A stretch of 64,000 nt of DNA from Mycobacteriales bacterium. Its GTDB lineage: Bacteria; Actinomycetota; Actinomycetes; Mycobacteriales; QHCD01. Positions within the stretch are counted from its first letter, which is position 1, and each line of letters starts with the position of its first letter. The stretch lies in assembly GCA_038253135.1 (NCBI GenBank), contig JBBSHJ010000004.1:801-64800 (forward strand), written 5' to 3'. The notes beneath the pieces are model-generated. The model searched no databases. It worked only from the letters and a program-made list of their open reading frames with translations, and was not told the DNA's origin. Below are positions 48,786-58,576 of this stretch, in pieces. A program made the position numbers and the translations under genes.

Positions 48786-50654
48786 GGGGGACCCCTCATC
48801 GGGAGCGTCGAGGTTGCGCACCACGACGGAGCGGTACGCCGGGTCGTCGCGCAGCAGTTCGTCGTGCGTGCCGTCGGCAGCCGCCCGGCCACCGTCGAGC
48901 AGGACGATCCGGTCGGCGTGATGCAGCAGCAGCGGCGAAACCGACATCACGATCGTCGTACGACCGCGCCGGTACCCCGCCAGCCGCGCCGCGATCATGG
49001 CCTCGGTGTGCGCGTCGACGGCCGACGTCGGCTCGACCAACACCAGCACCTCGGGGTCCCGCGCCAGCGCCCGGGCCAGCACCAGCCGTTGCCGCTGACC
49101 GCCGGACAGGCCGCGGCCCCGCTCGTCGATGCGGCCCTGCCAGCCACCGGGCATCGCCTCGAAGACGTCCTCGGCCGCGGCCGTGTGCAGCGCCGCCTCG
49201 GCCTGCCGGCGGGTGAGGATGCCGTGCGGGTCGACGAGGTCCTGCAACGTGCCGGAGAAGACCATCGCACCGGTGTCGGAGACCACGATCTGCTCGCGTA
49301 CGTCGCGCAGCGCGGCATCGGCGAGGTCGACACCGCCGACCCGCACCCCCCACGGACCGGCCGCGAGCGCCTCGTCCGCTCGGGCGATTTCCGCTTGCGC
49401 GGCAAGGCGCTTCTCGTGTTCACGCTTGGCGGCCGCGCCGGCGACCTTGTCGTCGACTGCGGGCGCGGAGTGCGCGGCCGGGGGGAGGTAGCGCCCGACC
49501 CGGTCGGCGAGCGCGGCCGTCTCGTCTGGCGCGGCGCTCACCACCATCGTCAGCTCACCCGGCTGCGCGACGAAGCCGGTGGCCTCGTCCGTGATGACCG
49601 CCCCGGTAGGCAGCGGGCGTGGCTGCTGCGGGTCGTGCCACGGCGGTGTGAGCCCGAGCGCGGCGATCGCCTTGCGGGCCGAGACCATGCCGCGGGTCCA
49701 TTTCTGGAAGAACTGGAAGAAGTTGGTCACCGGGCCGGTCAGGAACATGGCGTAGCCCAGCAACGCCACCAGCTGGCCGGTGGAGATCCGGCCGTGGAGC
49801 ACGTCCCGGGCGCCGAGCCACATCAGCAGGACCAGAAAGATCCCCGGCAGCAGGACCGCGACGCCGTCGGTGATGGACTGCCAGATGCCGGCGGCCACGC
49901 CGGCCGAGCGCACCCGTTGCGACTGGCCGGCGTAGTTGCGGCCGAACGTCGACTCGCCGCCGATGCCGCGCAGGATCCGCAGGCCCGCGACGATGTCCGT
50001 GGCCATTCCGGTCAGCTCGGAGTTGCGGCTGCGCTCGACCGCCTGGCGGCGCTCCATCGGCTTGAGCAGCGGAAAGGCCATCGCCACCAGCAGCGGCGGG
50101 CCGACCAGCACGAGCAGGCCGAGCTTGACCGACGTACCGAGCACGATCGCGCTCACGGTCAGGAAGGCGACCAGGGACGCCAGCCCGCGGCCGGTCACCT
50201 CGATCAGCGACCCGAAGGTGTCCGAGTCCGACGACGAGACGCTCAGGACCTCACCGGTCGGCAGCCGCCGCCCCTGGATGTGGCCGAGCTGCGCGGTCTT
50301 GCGGTTGACCAGCTTCGTCGTGCCGTAGAGGGCGATCAGCCAGCCGCGCACGGCCATGGTGTGGAAGAGCATGCCGCACATCGCGCCGGCCATCGTCACG
50401 ATGAGCAGCGCCAGACCCCAGAAGAGCGTGCCCGACGTGGAGCCGGGCAGGATCCCCTTGTCGATCGCCTTGCCGAGCAGGAAGGGACCCACCGTCGGCG
50501 GGATATACCAAAGGACACCGGCAACCGCGTTGCCGGTGAGCACGTCGGCCTGATCGCGCAGCAACCAACGGAGAAACGCACCCGGCGTACGGGTATCAGG
50601 CTCTGCGGTGGCGGATGCGCTGTAGGCGTCGACTACAGGAGGGAAGTCGCGCAT
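48780..50654 (-). CDS. ABC exporter fused permease/ATPase, degenerate Walker A, canonical signature
   Basis: ATG 50654 (MRDFPPVVD...). LSGGQRQR present. The Walker A position reads [10 protein letters not shown], and Walker B reads LVLVEPTS. ~45-aa insertion after the degenerate P-loop. Confidence 0.85.
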   Translation of the reverse strand: MRDFPPVVDAYSASATAEPDTRTPGAFLRWLLRDQADVLTGNAVAGVLWYIPPTVGPFLLGKAIDKGILPGSTSGTLFWGLALLIVTMAGAMCGMLFHTMAVRGWLIALYGTTKLVNRKTAQLGHIQGRRLPTGEVLSVSSSDSDTFGSLIEVTGRGLASLVAFLTVSAIVLGTSVKLGLLVLVGPPLLVAMAFPLLKPMERRQAVERSRNSELTGMATDIVAGLRILRGIGGESTFGRNYAGQSQRVRSAGVAAGIWQSITDGVAVLLPGIFLVLLMWLGARDVLHGRISTGQLVALLGYAMFLTGPVTNFFQFFQKWTRGMVSARKAIAALGLTPPWHDPQQPRPLPTGAVITDEATGFVAQPGELTMVVSAAPDETAALADRVGRYLPPAAHSAPAVDDKVAGAAAKREHEKRLAAQAEIARADEALAAGPWGVRVGGVDLADAALRDVREQIVVSDTGAMVFSGTLQDLVDPHGILTRRQAEAALHTAAAEDVFEAMPGGWQGRIDERGRGLSGGQRQRLVLARALARDPEVLVLVEPTSAVDAHTEAMIAARLAGYRRGRTTIVMSVSPLLLHHADRIVLLDGGRAAADGTHDELLRDDPAYRSVVVRNLDAPDEGSPA

Positions 50655-50876
50655 AGCTGTACCAATGTACGAAGCGCGGCGGCCCGCTGCGACCGAATTC
50701 CGGGCGCTGTGTGCGATCCCACCCTGTGCCGACGAGCACTCCGATGCATCGTGTCCATCAGGATGAGGCCCCTGGCATTGACCGAGCGCGGCCCGGCCGA
50801 GCCGACGGTCAGCTTGGCCCGCCCGCTGACCGCGACCGCGGGTGCCCTCTTCCGTGGGCAACGCGCCGGCCCGACG

Positions 50877-50904
50877 CCATGCGCGCGCGCACGCGCGCGC
50901 ACGC
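50877..50904. repeat. 28-nt perfect alternating pyrimidine-purine tract with CGCGCGCGCA x2
   Basis: Read directly: CATGCGCGCGCGCACGCGCGCGCACGCG. Confidence 0.9.
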
Positions 50905-51344
50905 GAGGACGGTGCGCGAGGGTGACCTGATCGTCGAGCGTCCCGACCAGCGGGCAGGTGGTGCTCGACCAGCCCGGACAGCGCGGCCGCGGTCCGCCAG
51001 CAGCCGAAGCCGAGCAGGCCGAGCCCGACGGCGCACAGCACGATGTCCCAGCCGTACGGCGAGTCGCTGAGGACGAGGTTCACCGACGCCGTGGTCAGGA
51101 TCACCAGCGCCAACCCGGCGCAGACCAGGCCGATGCACGGGCCGTCCCTGCTGCGTCTCGCCCCGTCCCTGGCCACGAGCACCTCTGCGACCGGAACCAT
51201 GTAGCCACCGTCGGCGCGCACCGCTTGCATGGCGGACGCTCCCACCCCGGGCACTGCCGAGACCGACCTCATCGGCTCAGTCCGGCCGGGAAGCTACCAG
51301 TACGCCACTCGGATCCGGCGCGAACCGACGGCCGGACGGAGGTG

Positions 51345-51417
51345 CTCCCCCGGTTGGACTCGAACCAACAACCCTTCGATTAACAGTCGAACGCTCTGCC
51401 AATTGAGCTACAGGGGA
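51345..51417 (-). tRNA. tRNA-Asn (GUU)
   Basis: Hand-folded: acceptor TCCCCTG/CGGGGGA, D-stem GCTC/GAGC, anticodon stem TTCGA/TCGAA, loop CTGTTAA, T-arm GTTGG-TTCGAGT-CCAAC, discriminator G. Confidence 0.95.
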
Positions 51418-51668
51418 TCGCGCGCAGCGATCTGTGATGCTACCTCATGCGCACGCTCCCCCACGCTGGCGCAGTTCCCCCGCGACGGGCGTGCAAGCGC
51501 GGGCCGGCGGAGGCGCGAGCCGATGGCAACGGGGTCGATCCGGGTAGGCAGGACCACCCCGACACTCCCCGCTGGCCGCGGTGGAGGCGACACGCCGGCG
51601 GCCAAGAAGAAGATGCGGGTCGGGCCGGGGTGGGCAAGCCCAGCTTGTCGTGCTCCGCTCCGTGCTCC

Positions 51669-52631
51669 TCAGCCCAGCACGCGGCGTACGAACGCCAGCT
51701 TGGCCACCTCGTGGCGGGCCGCGCCGCCCTCGTGACCGTTGTAGGGGTAGACCTCGATCGCCTTGTCCGTGCTCGCATGGTGGTTGTACGCCGCGTAGAC
51801 GGTGGATGGCGGGCAGACCATGTCCATCAGGCCGACCGAGTAGAGGGTCGGGGCCCCGGCGTGGGCGGCGAAGTTGACCCCGTCGAAGTAGGACAGTGTG
51901 GTGAAGACCCGCTCGATGTCCTCGGGCCGGGTGCGGCAGTAGGCCTGGATCTCGGAGTACGGCGCCGTGTCGACGATCTCGGTGGCCCGGCGGTAGTGGC
52001 ACAGGAACGGTACGTCGGGCATCGAGCCGGCCAGCCCGTCGACGAGACCGGCCGCGGCCAGGGTGAGCCCGCCGCCCTGGCTGCCGCCGGCGACCACGAT
52101 CCTGTCCGGATCGACGTCCGGGTGCGCGCGGGCCGTCTCCACCGCGCGGACGGCGTCGCTCATCAGCCGGCGGTAGTAGTAGACGTCCTTGTCCAGGATC
52201 CCGTCGGTCATGTAGCCGGCGACGTGCGGGCCGGAAGCGTCGGCGTGCGCGTCCCCGGTGTCGCCGCCGCCCTGCCCGCGGGTGTCCATCAGCAGGTGCG
52301 CGTAACCGGCCGCGGCGTACATCAGGTACTGGTGCACCAGGCCCCGCCCGCCGTTGTACCCGTGATACTGCACGACGCAGCCGAGCGTCCCGGCGCGGTG
52401 CGCGGGCAGCAAGAGCCAGCCCTTGACCGGCTCGCCGTTCCAGCCGGCGAAGCTCACGTCAAAGGTCTCGATCTCGGTCAGCCCGGCGTCGTACGGCGTG
52501 AACGTCGCGCCGAGGTCGTGCTCGCGTACCGAGGCCAGCGTTGCGGCCCAGAAAGCGTCATAGTCGGGCTGCTCGTCTCGTGTGGGCTGGTAGGTCTCCA
52601 GCTCGGCCCGAGCGAAGTCGAAAAGTGCCAT
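51669..52631 (-). CDS. CE7 acetyl esterase (acetylxylan esterase / cephalosporin-C deacetylase family)
   Basis: VQYHGYNGGRG, TRGQGG, VAGGSQGGGL (nucleophile elbow), C-terminal YNGHEGG. Confidence 0.85.
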   Translation of the reverse strand: MALFDFARAELETYQPTRDEQPDYDAFWAATLASVREHDLGATFTPYDAGLTEIETFDVSFAGWNGEPVKGWLLLPAHRAGTLGCVVQYHGYNGGRGLVHQYLMYAAAGYAHLLMDTRGQGGGDTGDAHADASGPHVAGYMTDGILDKDVYYYRRLMSDAVRAVETARAHPDVDPDRIVVAGGSQGGGLTLAAAGLVDGLAGSMPDVPFLCHYRRATEIVDTAPYSEIQAYCRTRPEDIERVFTTLSYFDGVNFAAHAGAPTLYSVGLMDMVCPPSTVYAAYNHHASTDKAIEVYPYNGHEGGAARHEVAKLAFVRRVLG

Positions 52632-52653
52632 TCCCGCGGTCTCCTTCGTGCGG

Positions 52654-54123
52654 TCAGCGGCTCGTCGCCGCTGCGGTCCGTGAACCAGGGATCAATGCTC
52701 CGGCCCGGCGGCCGGGCACCAACGCGTCACCGTCGACATACCCCTCCGGCCGGGCGCGGAGCTCGTCGACGAGCTTGCCCCGCCACTGCCCGAGTCGATC
52801 GGCGGAGCTGGGCTGGCGGGCGAGGTCGTGCAATTCCTGCGGATCCGCGCGCAGGTCGAAGAGCTGCTCGATCCCGGTGCCGCTGCACCAGATGTATTTC
52901 TCCTTGCCGTCGGTGAGGAAATGCACCGACTGGTCCCCGAGGTGCAGGTGCTCGCCGTGGAGGTGCTCCCGCCATGCCGTCGCCTCGCCGCGGGCCAGCG
53001 GCAAAATGCTCCTCCCGTCGACGGTCTCCGGGATACCGATGCCGGCGGCGTCGAGCAGGGTCGGCATCACATCGCGCAACTCGACGACCGAGTCGTCGAC
53101 GACGCCGGCCGGTATTCCTGGGCCGGATATCGCGACCGGAATCCGCGCGGAACCTTCGTACGGCGCGCATTTGCGGTAGAGGTGGTGATCGCCCATCAGC
53201 TCGCCGTGATCGGCGACGAACATGATCACGGTGTTTCCTCGGGTCGCACCCTGGGCCGCGAGCTCCTCGAAGAGCCGCTCGAGCTGCTGGTCGATGTGCG
53301 ACATGTGGCCGTAGTAGCCGGCCCGGGCTCGCTGCAGCAGTCGCGGATCGTACGTCGCCACGGGTGACTCGGGTGAGCGCGGATTGTCGTAATCCGCCCA
53401 GACGTCGAGCCAATCACCGACGGGAGGTTCGGGCATCTCCTGGTCGATGTACTGCTCAAATGCCCACAGCGGCGGGTCGTACGGCGGGTGCGGGCGGTGG
53501 AACGACGCGAACAGGAAGAACGGCATCGAGCGGTCGCGCTCGCGCAGGAACTGGATCGACCGGGTGACCACCCAGGTCGTCGGATGCACGTATTCGGGTT
53601 TGTCCCAGGGCCGGGCGACGACCGAATTGCAGTTGAGGCCGTGCTCGGCGTAGTCGGCGTCGTACCCGACCTGCACGCGCAGCCAAGCCAGGTAGTCATC
53701 GACCTCCGTCAGATCGTCGTACGTCGATCGCGTGAAATGGGTGTAGCCGTCGTGCAGCGCGACATCGTCGAAGCCCATCGGGTTGCGCTCAGGGAAGACG
53801 TGCATCTTCCCCACCGCCTGCGTCTGATAGCCGGCGGCACCGAACTCCCCGGCGAGCGGGTGCGGGTAATCCCACGGAACGCCGTCCTGATAGCCGACCC
53901 GGCCGGTGCGCTCCTGGCTCTGCCCGGTCAGCAAGGATGCGCGGGCCGGCACACACGACGGCGTCGCGGAATACGCGCGATCGAACCGCGTGCCCCGCTC
54001 GAGCCAGCCGTCCAGATAGGGCGTCATGACCACCGGGTGCCCGGCCGCGGAAAAGCAGTCCCCGCGCCATTGATCGACGCAGATCAGGACCACGTTCGGC
54101 GCGGCGGCCGGCTCGGGGGGCAT
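52654..54123 (-). CDS. Cys-type sulfatase
   Basis: NVVLICVDQWRGD, TPSCVPARASLLTGQ (CxPxR), FVADHGE. Confidence 0.85.
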   Translation of the reverse strand: MPPEPAAAPNVVLICVDQWRGDCFSAAGHPVVMTPYLDGWLERGTRFDRAYSATPSCVPARASLLTGQSQERTGRVGYQDGVPWDYPHPLAGEFGAAGYQTQAVGKMHVFPERNPMGFDDVALHDGYTHFTRSTYDDLTEVDDYLAWLRVQVGYDADYAEHGLNCNSVVARPWDKPEYVHPTTWVVTRSIQFLRERDRSMPFFLFASFHRPHPPYDPPLWAFEQYIDQEMPEPPVGDWLDVWADYDNPRSPESPVATYDPRLLQRARAGYYGHMSHIDQQLERLFEELAAQGATRGNTVIMFVADHGELMGDHHLYRKCAPYEGSARIPVAISGPGIPAGVVDDSVVELRDVMPTLLDAAGIGIPETVDGRSILPLARGEATAWREHLHGEHLHLGDQSVHFLTDGKEKYIWCSGTGIEQLFDLRADPQELHDLARQPSSADRLGQWRGKLVDELRARPEGYVDGDALVPGRRAGALIPGSRTAAATSR

Positions 54124-54126
54124 GGA

Positions 54127-55236
54127 CTAGATGACCTCGAGGCCGTCGCGGTCCGGGAGGGCCGGGAATTCGGCGTGTGGCTCGAGCTGGTACCAGTACG
54201 CCGTCGAGGCAATGTCGTCCTGCAGCGGCAGGTAGCGCCCGCCGGAGCGCCAGCCGATCGCCTGGATCGTGACCTTGGCGTCCGCGGCGAACCGCACCGG
54301 ATCCTTGATATGCCAACGATACATGCCGAAGCGGGCCTGCGACGCGATCACAGCCCCCTTGTTCGGGAGGATCGCCTGCGGGAAGCCGAGGTACTGCGTG
54401 GAGTAGGGCGCGTAGACGAGCTCCCCGGCGTCGTCCTTCTCGTAGAAGCACCAGGCCCCTCCGAAGTAGTCCTCGGTGCCGGTGCCGCAGATGGTCGGGA
54501 ACTCCTCGCCGCCCTGGCCGGCATCGCCGTCGAGGAAGAACTTGATCTCGCCCTCGCCCCACCAGCCGTTGTTGTTCGAGCCCCAGGCGAGGTAGGTGCC
54601 GACGTAATGGCCGCGGCCGCGGACGCCGTCGAGGATGGTGTGGTCGGTCTTGTATTCCAGCGGGTTGTCGCGGCGCCACTGGGCGTGCAGGTAGGCCGCG
54701 TCGTCGGGAATGGCGCGGAGCTCGTAGTCGACGGAATAATACAGCGACACGCTGTCCTCGTCCCAGAGGTTTTCCACGGTGATCCGGGCCGACCGGCGGA
54801 ACGGCATCGGCCAGTAGGAATTGAAGCCGCCGAGCGGGTTGACGGCGATCGGCTCGGAGGAGACGCGGCACGGCACGGTCCAGCCGTTGCAGAAGAAGTC
54901 GCCGAGCGGAGTCTCGATCGACGGCGTGTCCTCACCGTCCCAGTAGACCCTCAGCACCAGCCGGCGCCACCACTCGTAGTGAATGGTCAGCCAGACGTGC
55001 GTGATCTGCCCCGGGCCGTCGATCTCGGCGAGCGTGAGGGTCTCGCCGGCCGGGACGTGGGTGTAGGGCGAGACCTTCCAGCCCCGGCCCAGCTCGCGCG
55101 CGGCATGCGACGCGGTGCCCTCGCTCGCCAGGCCACCGCCTCCCTTGGCGCCGGTGGGATTCTCCGCGCTGATCGACCGGCTCTGCGCGTCGACCAGGCG
55201 GGTCAGGTCGGACAGGCCCGGGCCTTCAACCGTCAT
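54127..55236 (-). CDS. DUF2961 / GH172 family protein (paralogue B)
   Basis: ISAENPTG, GPGQITHVWLT, WWRRLVLRVYWDG, PLGDFFCNGW, ICGTGTEDYFGGAW. Confidence 0.8.
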   Translation of the reverse strand: MTVEGPGLSDLTRLVDAQSRSISAENPTGAKGGGGLASEGTASHAARELGRGWKVSPYTHVPAGETLTLAEIDGPGQITHVWLTIHYEWWRRLVLRVYWDGEDTPSIETPLGDFFCNGWTVPCRVSSEPIAVNPLGGFNSYWPMPFRRSARITVENLWDEDSVSLYYSVDYELRAIPDDAAYLHAQWRRDNPLEYKTDHTILDGVRGRGHYVGTYLAWGSNNNGWWGEGEIKFFLDGDAGQGGEEFPTICGTGTEDYFGGAWCFYEKDDAGELVYAPYSTQYLGFPQAILPNKGAVIASQARFGMYRWHIKDPVRFAADAKVTIQAIGWRSGGRYLPLQDDIASTAYWYQLEPHAEFPALPDRDGLEVI

Positions 55237-55278
55237 GCTCTTCCTCCGTGCTCAGAAACTTCGTGCTCGGAAAACGAT

Positions 55279-55292
55279 TCAGCGCCGCCACG
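55279..55292. promoter_or_regulatory. Operator-like motif gGAAAACGATTCAg
   Basis: Exact 12-mer shared with 59911-59922. 44 nt upstream of the GH172-B start. Confidence 0.4.
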
Positions 55293-55308
55293 CTACCGGC
55301 CGACCGCG

Positions 55309-56382
55309 TCAGATCACTTCCAGCCCGTCGCGGTCGGGAAGTTCGGGGTACGGCGCGGGCTCGCCCCTCTGGTACCACCACGCGGTCGAGGCGAGGTCGT
55401 CCCGCAACGGGAGATATCGCCCGCCCGAGCGCCAGCCCAGCGCCTGCACGGTGACCTTGAGATCCTCGGCAAAGCGCACCGGGTCCTGCAGGTGCCACCG
55501 GTACATCCCGAGTCGGCGCTGCGATGCGTGGATCGACTCGCCGCCGAGGGCCTGCACGAAGCCCAGGTACGCCGTGGTGAACGTACTGTAGACGCCGCCG
55601 GCCTCCTCGAATCCCCAGGCGCCGCCGAAGTAGTCCTCGGTGCCGGTGCCGCAGATCGTCGGGAAATCCTTATCACCGTCGAGGAAGAACTTCAGCTCAC
55701 CCTCCCCCCACCACCCGCTGCTGTTGGATCCCCAGGCCAGGTAGGTGCCGACGAAATGCCCACGACCGCGCACCCCGTCGAGGATCACGTGGTCGGTCCT
55801 GTCCGGCAGCGGGTTGGAGCGTCGCCACTGGGCGTGCAGGTAGGCCGCGTCGTCCGCGACCTCGTCGAGCTCGTAGTCGACCTGGTAGAAGAATCCCTCG
55901 ACATCTTCCTCCCAGAGATTCTCCACCGTGATGCGCGCCGACCTGCGAAAGGGCATCGGCCAGTAGGAATTGAAGCCGCCCTTGGGATTGACGGCCACCG
56001 GGACCGAGACCACGTTGGCCGGCTGGCACCAGCCGTTGCAGAAGAAATCACCCAAGGGGACTTCGATGGCCGGCCGGTCAGCCCCGTCCCAGTAGAACCG
56101 GAGCACGAGCCGACGCCACCAGGCCGGATCCACGGTGATCCAGATGTGGGTGATGGTGCCGGGTCCCTCGATCTCGGCCATCGAATAGGTCGACCCGGCC
56201 TCGACCGTCGCGCACGGCGCGACCTTCCAGGTTTGTCCAAGCTGGCGGGCGGCGCGGGCACCGACGCCTTCGATGGCGCGGCCGCCGCCGCCCTTGTCCC
56301 CCGTCGGATTCTCGGCGTTGACGGCACGAGAGCGCCCCGCCGTGACCCTCGTCAGGTCGGAGAGCGGGGAGAGGATCGACAC
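55309..56382 (-). CDS. DUF2961 / GH172 family protein (paralogue A)
   Basis: Same blocks as paralogue B (VNAENPTG, GPGTITHIWIT, PLGDFFCNGW, ICGTGTEDYFGGAW). Confidence 0.8.
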   Translation of the reverse strand: MSILSPLSDLTRVTAGRSRAVNAENPTGDKGGGGRAIEGVGARAARQLGQTWKVAPCATVEAGSTYSMAEIEGPGTITHIWITVDPAWWRRLVLRFYWDGADRPAIEVPLGDFFCNGWCQPANVVSVPVAVNPKGGFNSYWPMPFRRSARITVENLWEEDVEGFFYQVDYELDEVADDAAYLHAQWRRSNPLPDRTDHVILDGVRGRGHFVGTYLAWGSNSSGWWGEGELKFFLDGDKDFPTICGTGTEDYFGGAWGFEEAGGVYSTFTTAYLGFVQALGGESIHASQRRLGMYRWHLQDPVRFAEDLKVTVQALGWRSGGRYLPLRDDLASTAWWYQRGEPAPYPELPDRDGLEVI

Positions 56383-56389
56383 GCGGGGC

Positions 56390-57394
56390 TCAACGATCCC
56401 GGGAGAAGGCGGCGTCGAAGGCGGTGGTCGGCTTGTCGAAGACCAGCTTCTTCAGGAACTCCAGCGACTCCGGCGCCCCGCGCAGCCGGTCCATGCCGGC
56501 GTCCTCCCACTCGATCGACAGCGGGCCGTCGTACCCGATCTCGTTGAGCATCCGGAAGATCCCCTCCCACGGCACGTCGCCGTGCCCGACGGAGACGAAA
56601 TCCCAGCCCCGCCGCGGGTCGGACCACGGCAGGTGCGATCCGAGCCGCCCGTTGCGGCCGTTGAGCTGGCGCACCGATTCCTTGCAGTGCACGTTGTAGA
56701 TGCGGTCCTGGAAATCCATCAGGTAGCCGACCGGGTCGAGGTCCTGCCACACGAAATGGCTCGGGTCGAAATTGAGCCCGAAGCCGGGACGGTTGCCGAT
56801 CGCGTCGAGCGTGCGGCGCGCGGTCCAGTAGTCGTAGGCGATCTCCGACGGGTGCACCTCGAGCGCGAATCTCACCCCGACCTCGTCGAAGACGTCGATA
56901 ATGGGATTCCACCGGTCGGCGAAGTCCTGGTAGCCGGCCGCGACCATTTCGCCGGGGGTGGGCGGGAACATCGCGACGGTGTACCAGATCGACGACCCGG
57001 TGAAGCCGGTCACGGTCTTGACGCCCATCTTGGCGGCGGCCCGGGCGGTGTCCTTCATCCGCTCGGCGGCCCGTCGCCGGACCCCCTCGGGATCGCCGTC
57101 TCCCCAGACCTCGGGCGGCACGATGTCCTTGTGCCGCGCGTCGATCGGGTTGTCGCACACGGCCTGGCCGACGAGGTGGTTGGAGATCGCCCAGCACTTG
57201 AGGTTGTATTTCTCCAGCATGGACTTCTTGTCGGCGACGTAATTGTCGTCGGCGAGCGCCTTGTCGACCTCGAAATGGTCGCCCCAGGCGGCGATTTCCA
57301 GGCCGTCGAAACCCCAGGACGACACCAGCTTGCAGACCTCCTCGAACGGAAGGTCGGCCCACTGGCCGGTGAAGAGGGTAAAGGGTCGAGCCAT
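56390..57394 (-). CDS. Xylose-isomerase-like TIM-barrel protein (sugar phosphate isomerase/epimerase family)
   Basis: 334 aa. [36 protein letters not shown] family that commonly pairs with Gfo/Idh/MocA oxidoreductases. Confidence 0.8.
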   Translation of the reverse strand: MARPFTLFTGQWADLPFEEVCKLVSSWGFDGLEIAAWGDHFEVDKALADDNYVADKKSMLEKYNLKCWAISNHLVGQAVCDNPIDARHKDIVPPEVWGDGDPEGVRRRAAERMKDTARAAAKMGVKTVTGFTGSSIWYTVAMFPPTPGEMVAAGYQDFADRWNPIIDVFDEVGVRFALEVHPSEIAYDYWTARRTLDAIGNRPGFGLNFDPSHFVWQDLDPVGYLMDFQDRIYNVHCKESVRQLNGRNGRLGSHLPWSDPRRGWDFVSVGHGDVPWEGIFRMLNEIGYDGPLSIEWEDAGMDRLRGAPESLEFLKKLVFDKPTTAFDAAFSRDR

Positions 57395-57412
57395 GGCGAT
57401 TTCTCCTTCTCC

Positions 57413-58576
57413 TCAGCGCACGCCGAGGATGTGGTCGATGGCCAGCTGGTCGAGGCGTTCGTAGTGCATCGCGCGCTCGCCGCGCTTGTCGATGTCGTAC
57501 GACGTGTCGTCGCGCAGCGCGGCCAGCGGCTCATCGGGATCGAGTGTGGGCCTGGCCAACTCGGGCACCCGCGCCGCGGCCAGCGCCTCCTGCACCTCGG
57601 GGTCGGCGCGATATTTCGTCGCCTTTTCCTTGAGGATGAGATAGGTCCGCATGCAGCCGGCGGCCGATTCCCACACACCGCTGAAATCCTCGGTGCGCAT
57701 CGGCTTGTAATCGAAATGCCGCGGGCCGTCGTACCCCGCCGACTCGAGCAGGTCCACGAGGAAGAACGAGCTCTTGAGGTCGGCCGCCCCGAAGCGCAGA
57801 TCCTGGTCGTATTTCAGCCCGTGCTGACCGTTGAGGTCGATGTGGAAGAGCTTGCCGGCCCAGAGGGTCTGGGCGATGCCGTGTACGACATTGAGTCCCG
57901 CCATGGTCTCGTGCCCGACCTCCGGATTGAGACCGACCATGTCCGGGCGTTCGAGGGAGTGGATGAAGGCCAGCGCGTGCCCCACCGTCGGCAGGAAGAT
58001 ATCGCCGCGGGGCTCGTTCGGCTTCGGCTCCAGCGCCAGCCGGATGTCGTAGCCCTGCTCGGTGATGTAGCCGCAAAGTGCGTCGATCGCCTCCTTGTAG
58101 CGGTCAAGAGCGGCGCGAACATCCGTCGCGGCATCGCTCTCGGCCCCTTCGCGGCCGCCCCAGCAGACGTAGGTCGTGGCGCCCAGCTCGGCGGCGAGGT
58201 CGATGTTGCGCAGCGTCTTGCCGATCGCATAGCGGCGTACGTCGCGGTCGTTGGCGGTGAAGGCGCCGTCCTTGAAGACCGGGTGGAAAAAGAGGTTGGT
58301 CGTCATCATCGGGACCGTCATTCCGGTCTCGGTGAGCGCGGCGCGGAACCGGTCGAGGATCTTCTGCCGCTCGGCGGCGTCGGCGTCGATCGGGATCAGG
58401 TCGTTGTCGTGGAAGCTCACGCCCGCGGCGCCGAGCTCGGACAAGCGGTGCACGGCCTCGACCGGGTCGAGGGGCGGCCGGATCGCCGTGCCGAAGGGGT
58501 CGACGCCCTGCCAGCCGACGGTCCACAGGCCGAAGGTGAAATTGTCCGACCGCGTCGGGTTCCACGTGTCGGTCAT
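57413..58576 (-). CDS. xylA: Xylose isomerase (class I, actinobacterial type)
   Basis: [53 protein letters not shown]. 387 aa. ATGA overlap with the upstream gene. Confidence 0.95.
   Translation of the reverse strand: MTDTWNPTRSDNFTFGLWTVGWQGVDPFGTAIRPPLDPVEAVHRLSELGAAGVSFHDNDLIPIDADAAERQKILDRFRAALTETGMTVPMMTTNLFFHPVFKDGAFTANDRDVRRYAIGKTLRNIDLAAELGATTYVCWGGREGAESDAATDVRAALDRYKEAIDALCGYITEQGYDIRLALEPKPNEPRGDIFLPTVGHALAFIHSLERPDMVGLNPEVGHETMAGLNVVHGIAQTLWAGKLFHIDLNGQHGLKYDQDLRFGAADLKSSFFLVDLLESAGYDGPRHFDYKPMRTEDFSGVWESAAGCMRTYLILKEKATKYRADPEVQEALAAARVPELARPTLDPDEPLAALRDDTSYDIDKRGERAMHYERLDQLAIDHILGVR

Noticed and set aside
46724-49216. 830-aa plus-strand ORF
   Set aside because: It is antisense to both ABC exporter genes and the tandem repeat. 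It has no motifs.
53488-56547. 1,019-aa plus-strand ORF, the longest non-carboxylase ORF in the track
   Set aside because: It is entirely antisense to the sulfatase and both GH172 genes. Its composition is Arg/Gly/Pro/Val-rich with no motifs. This is a typical stop-poor shadow frame in a ~70% GC genome.
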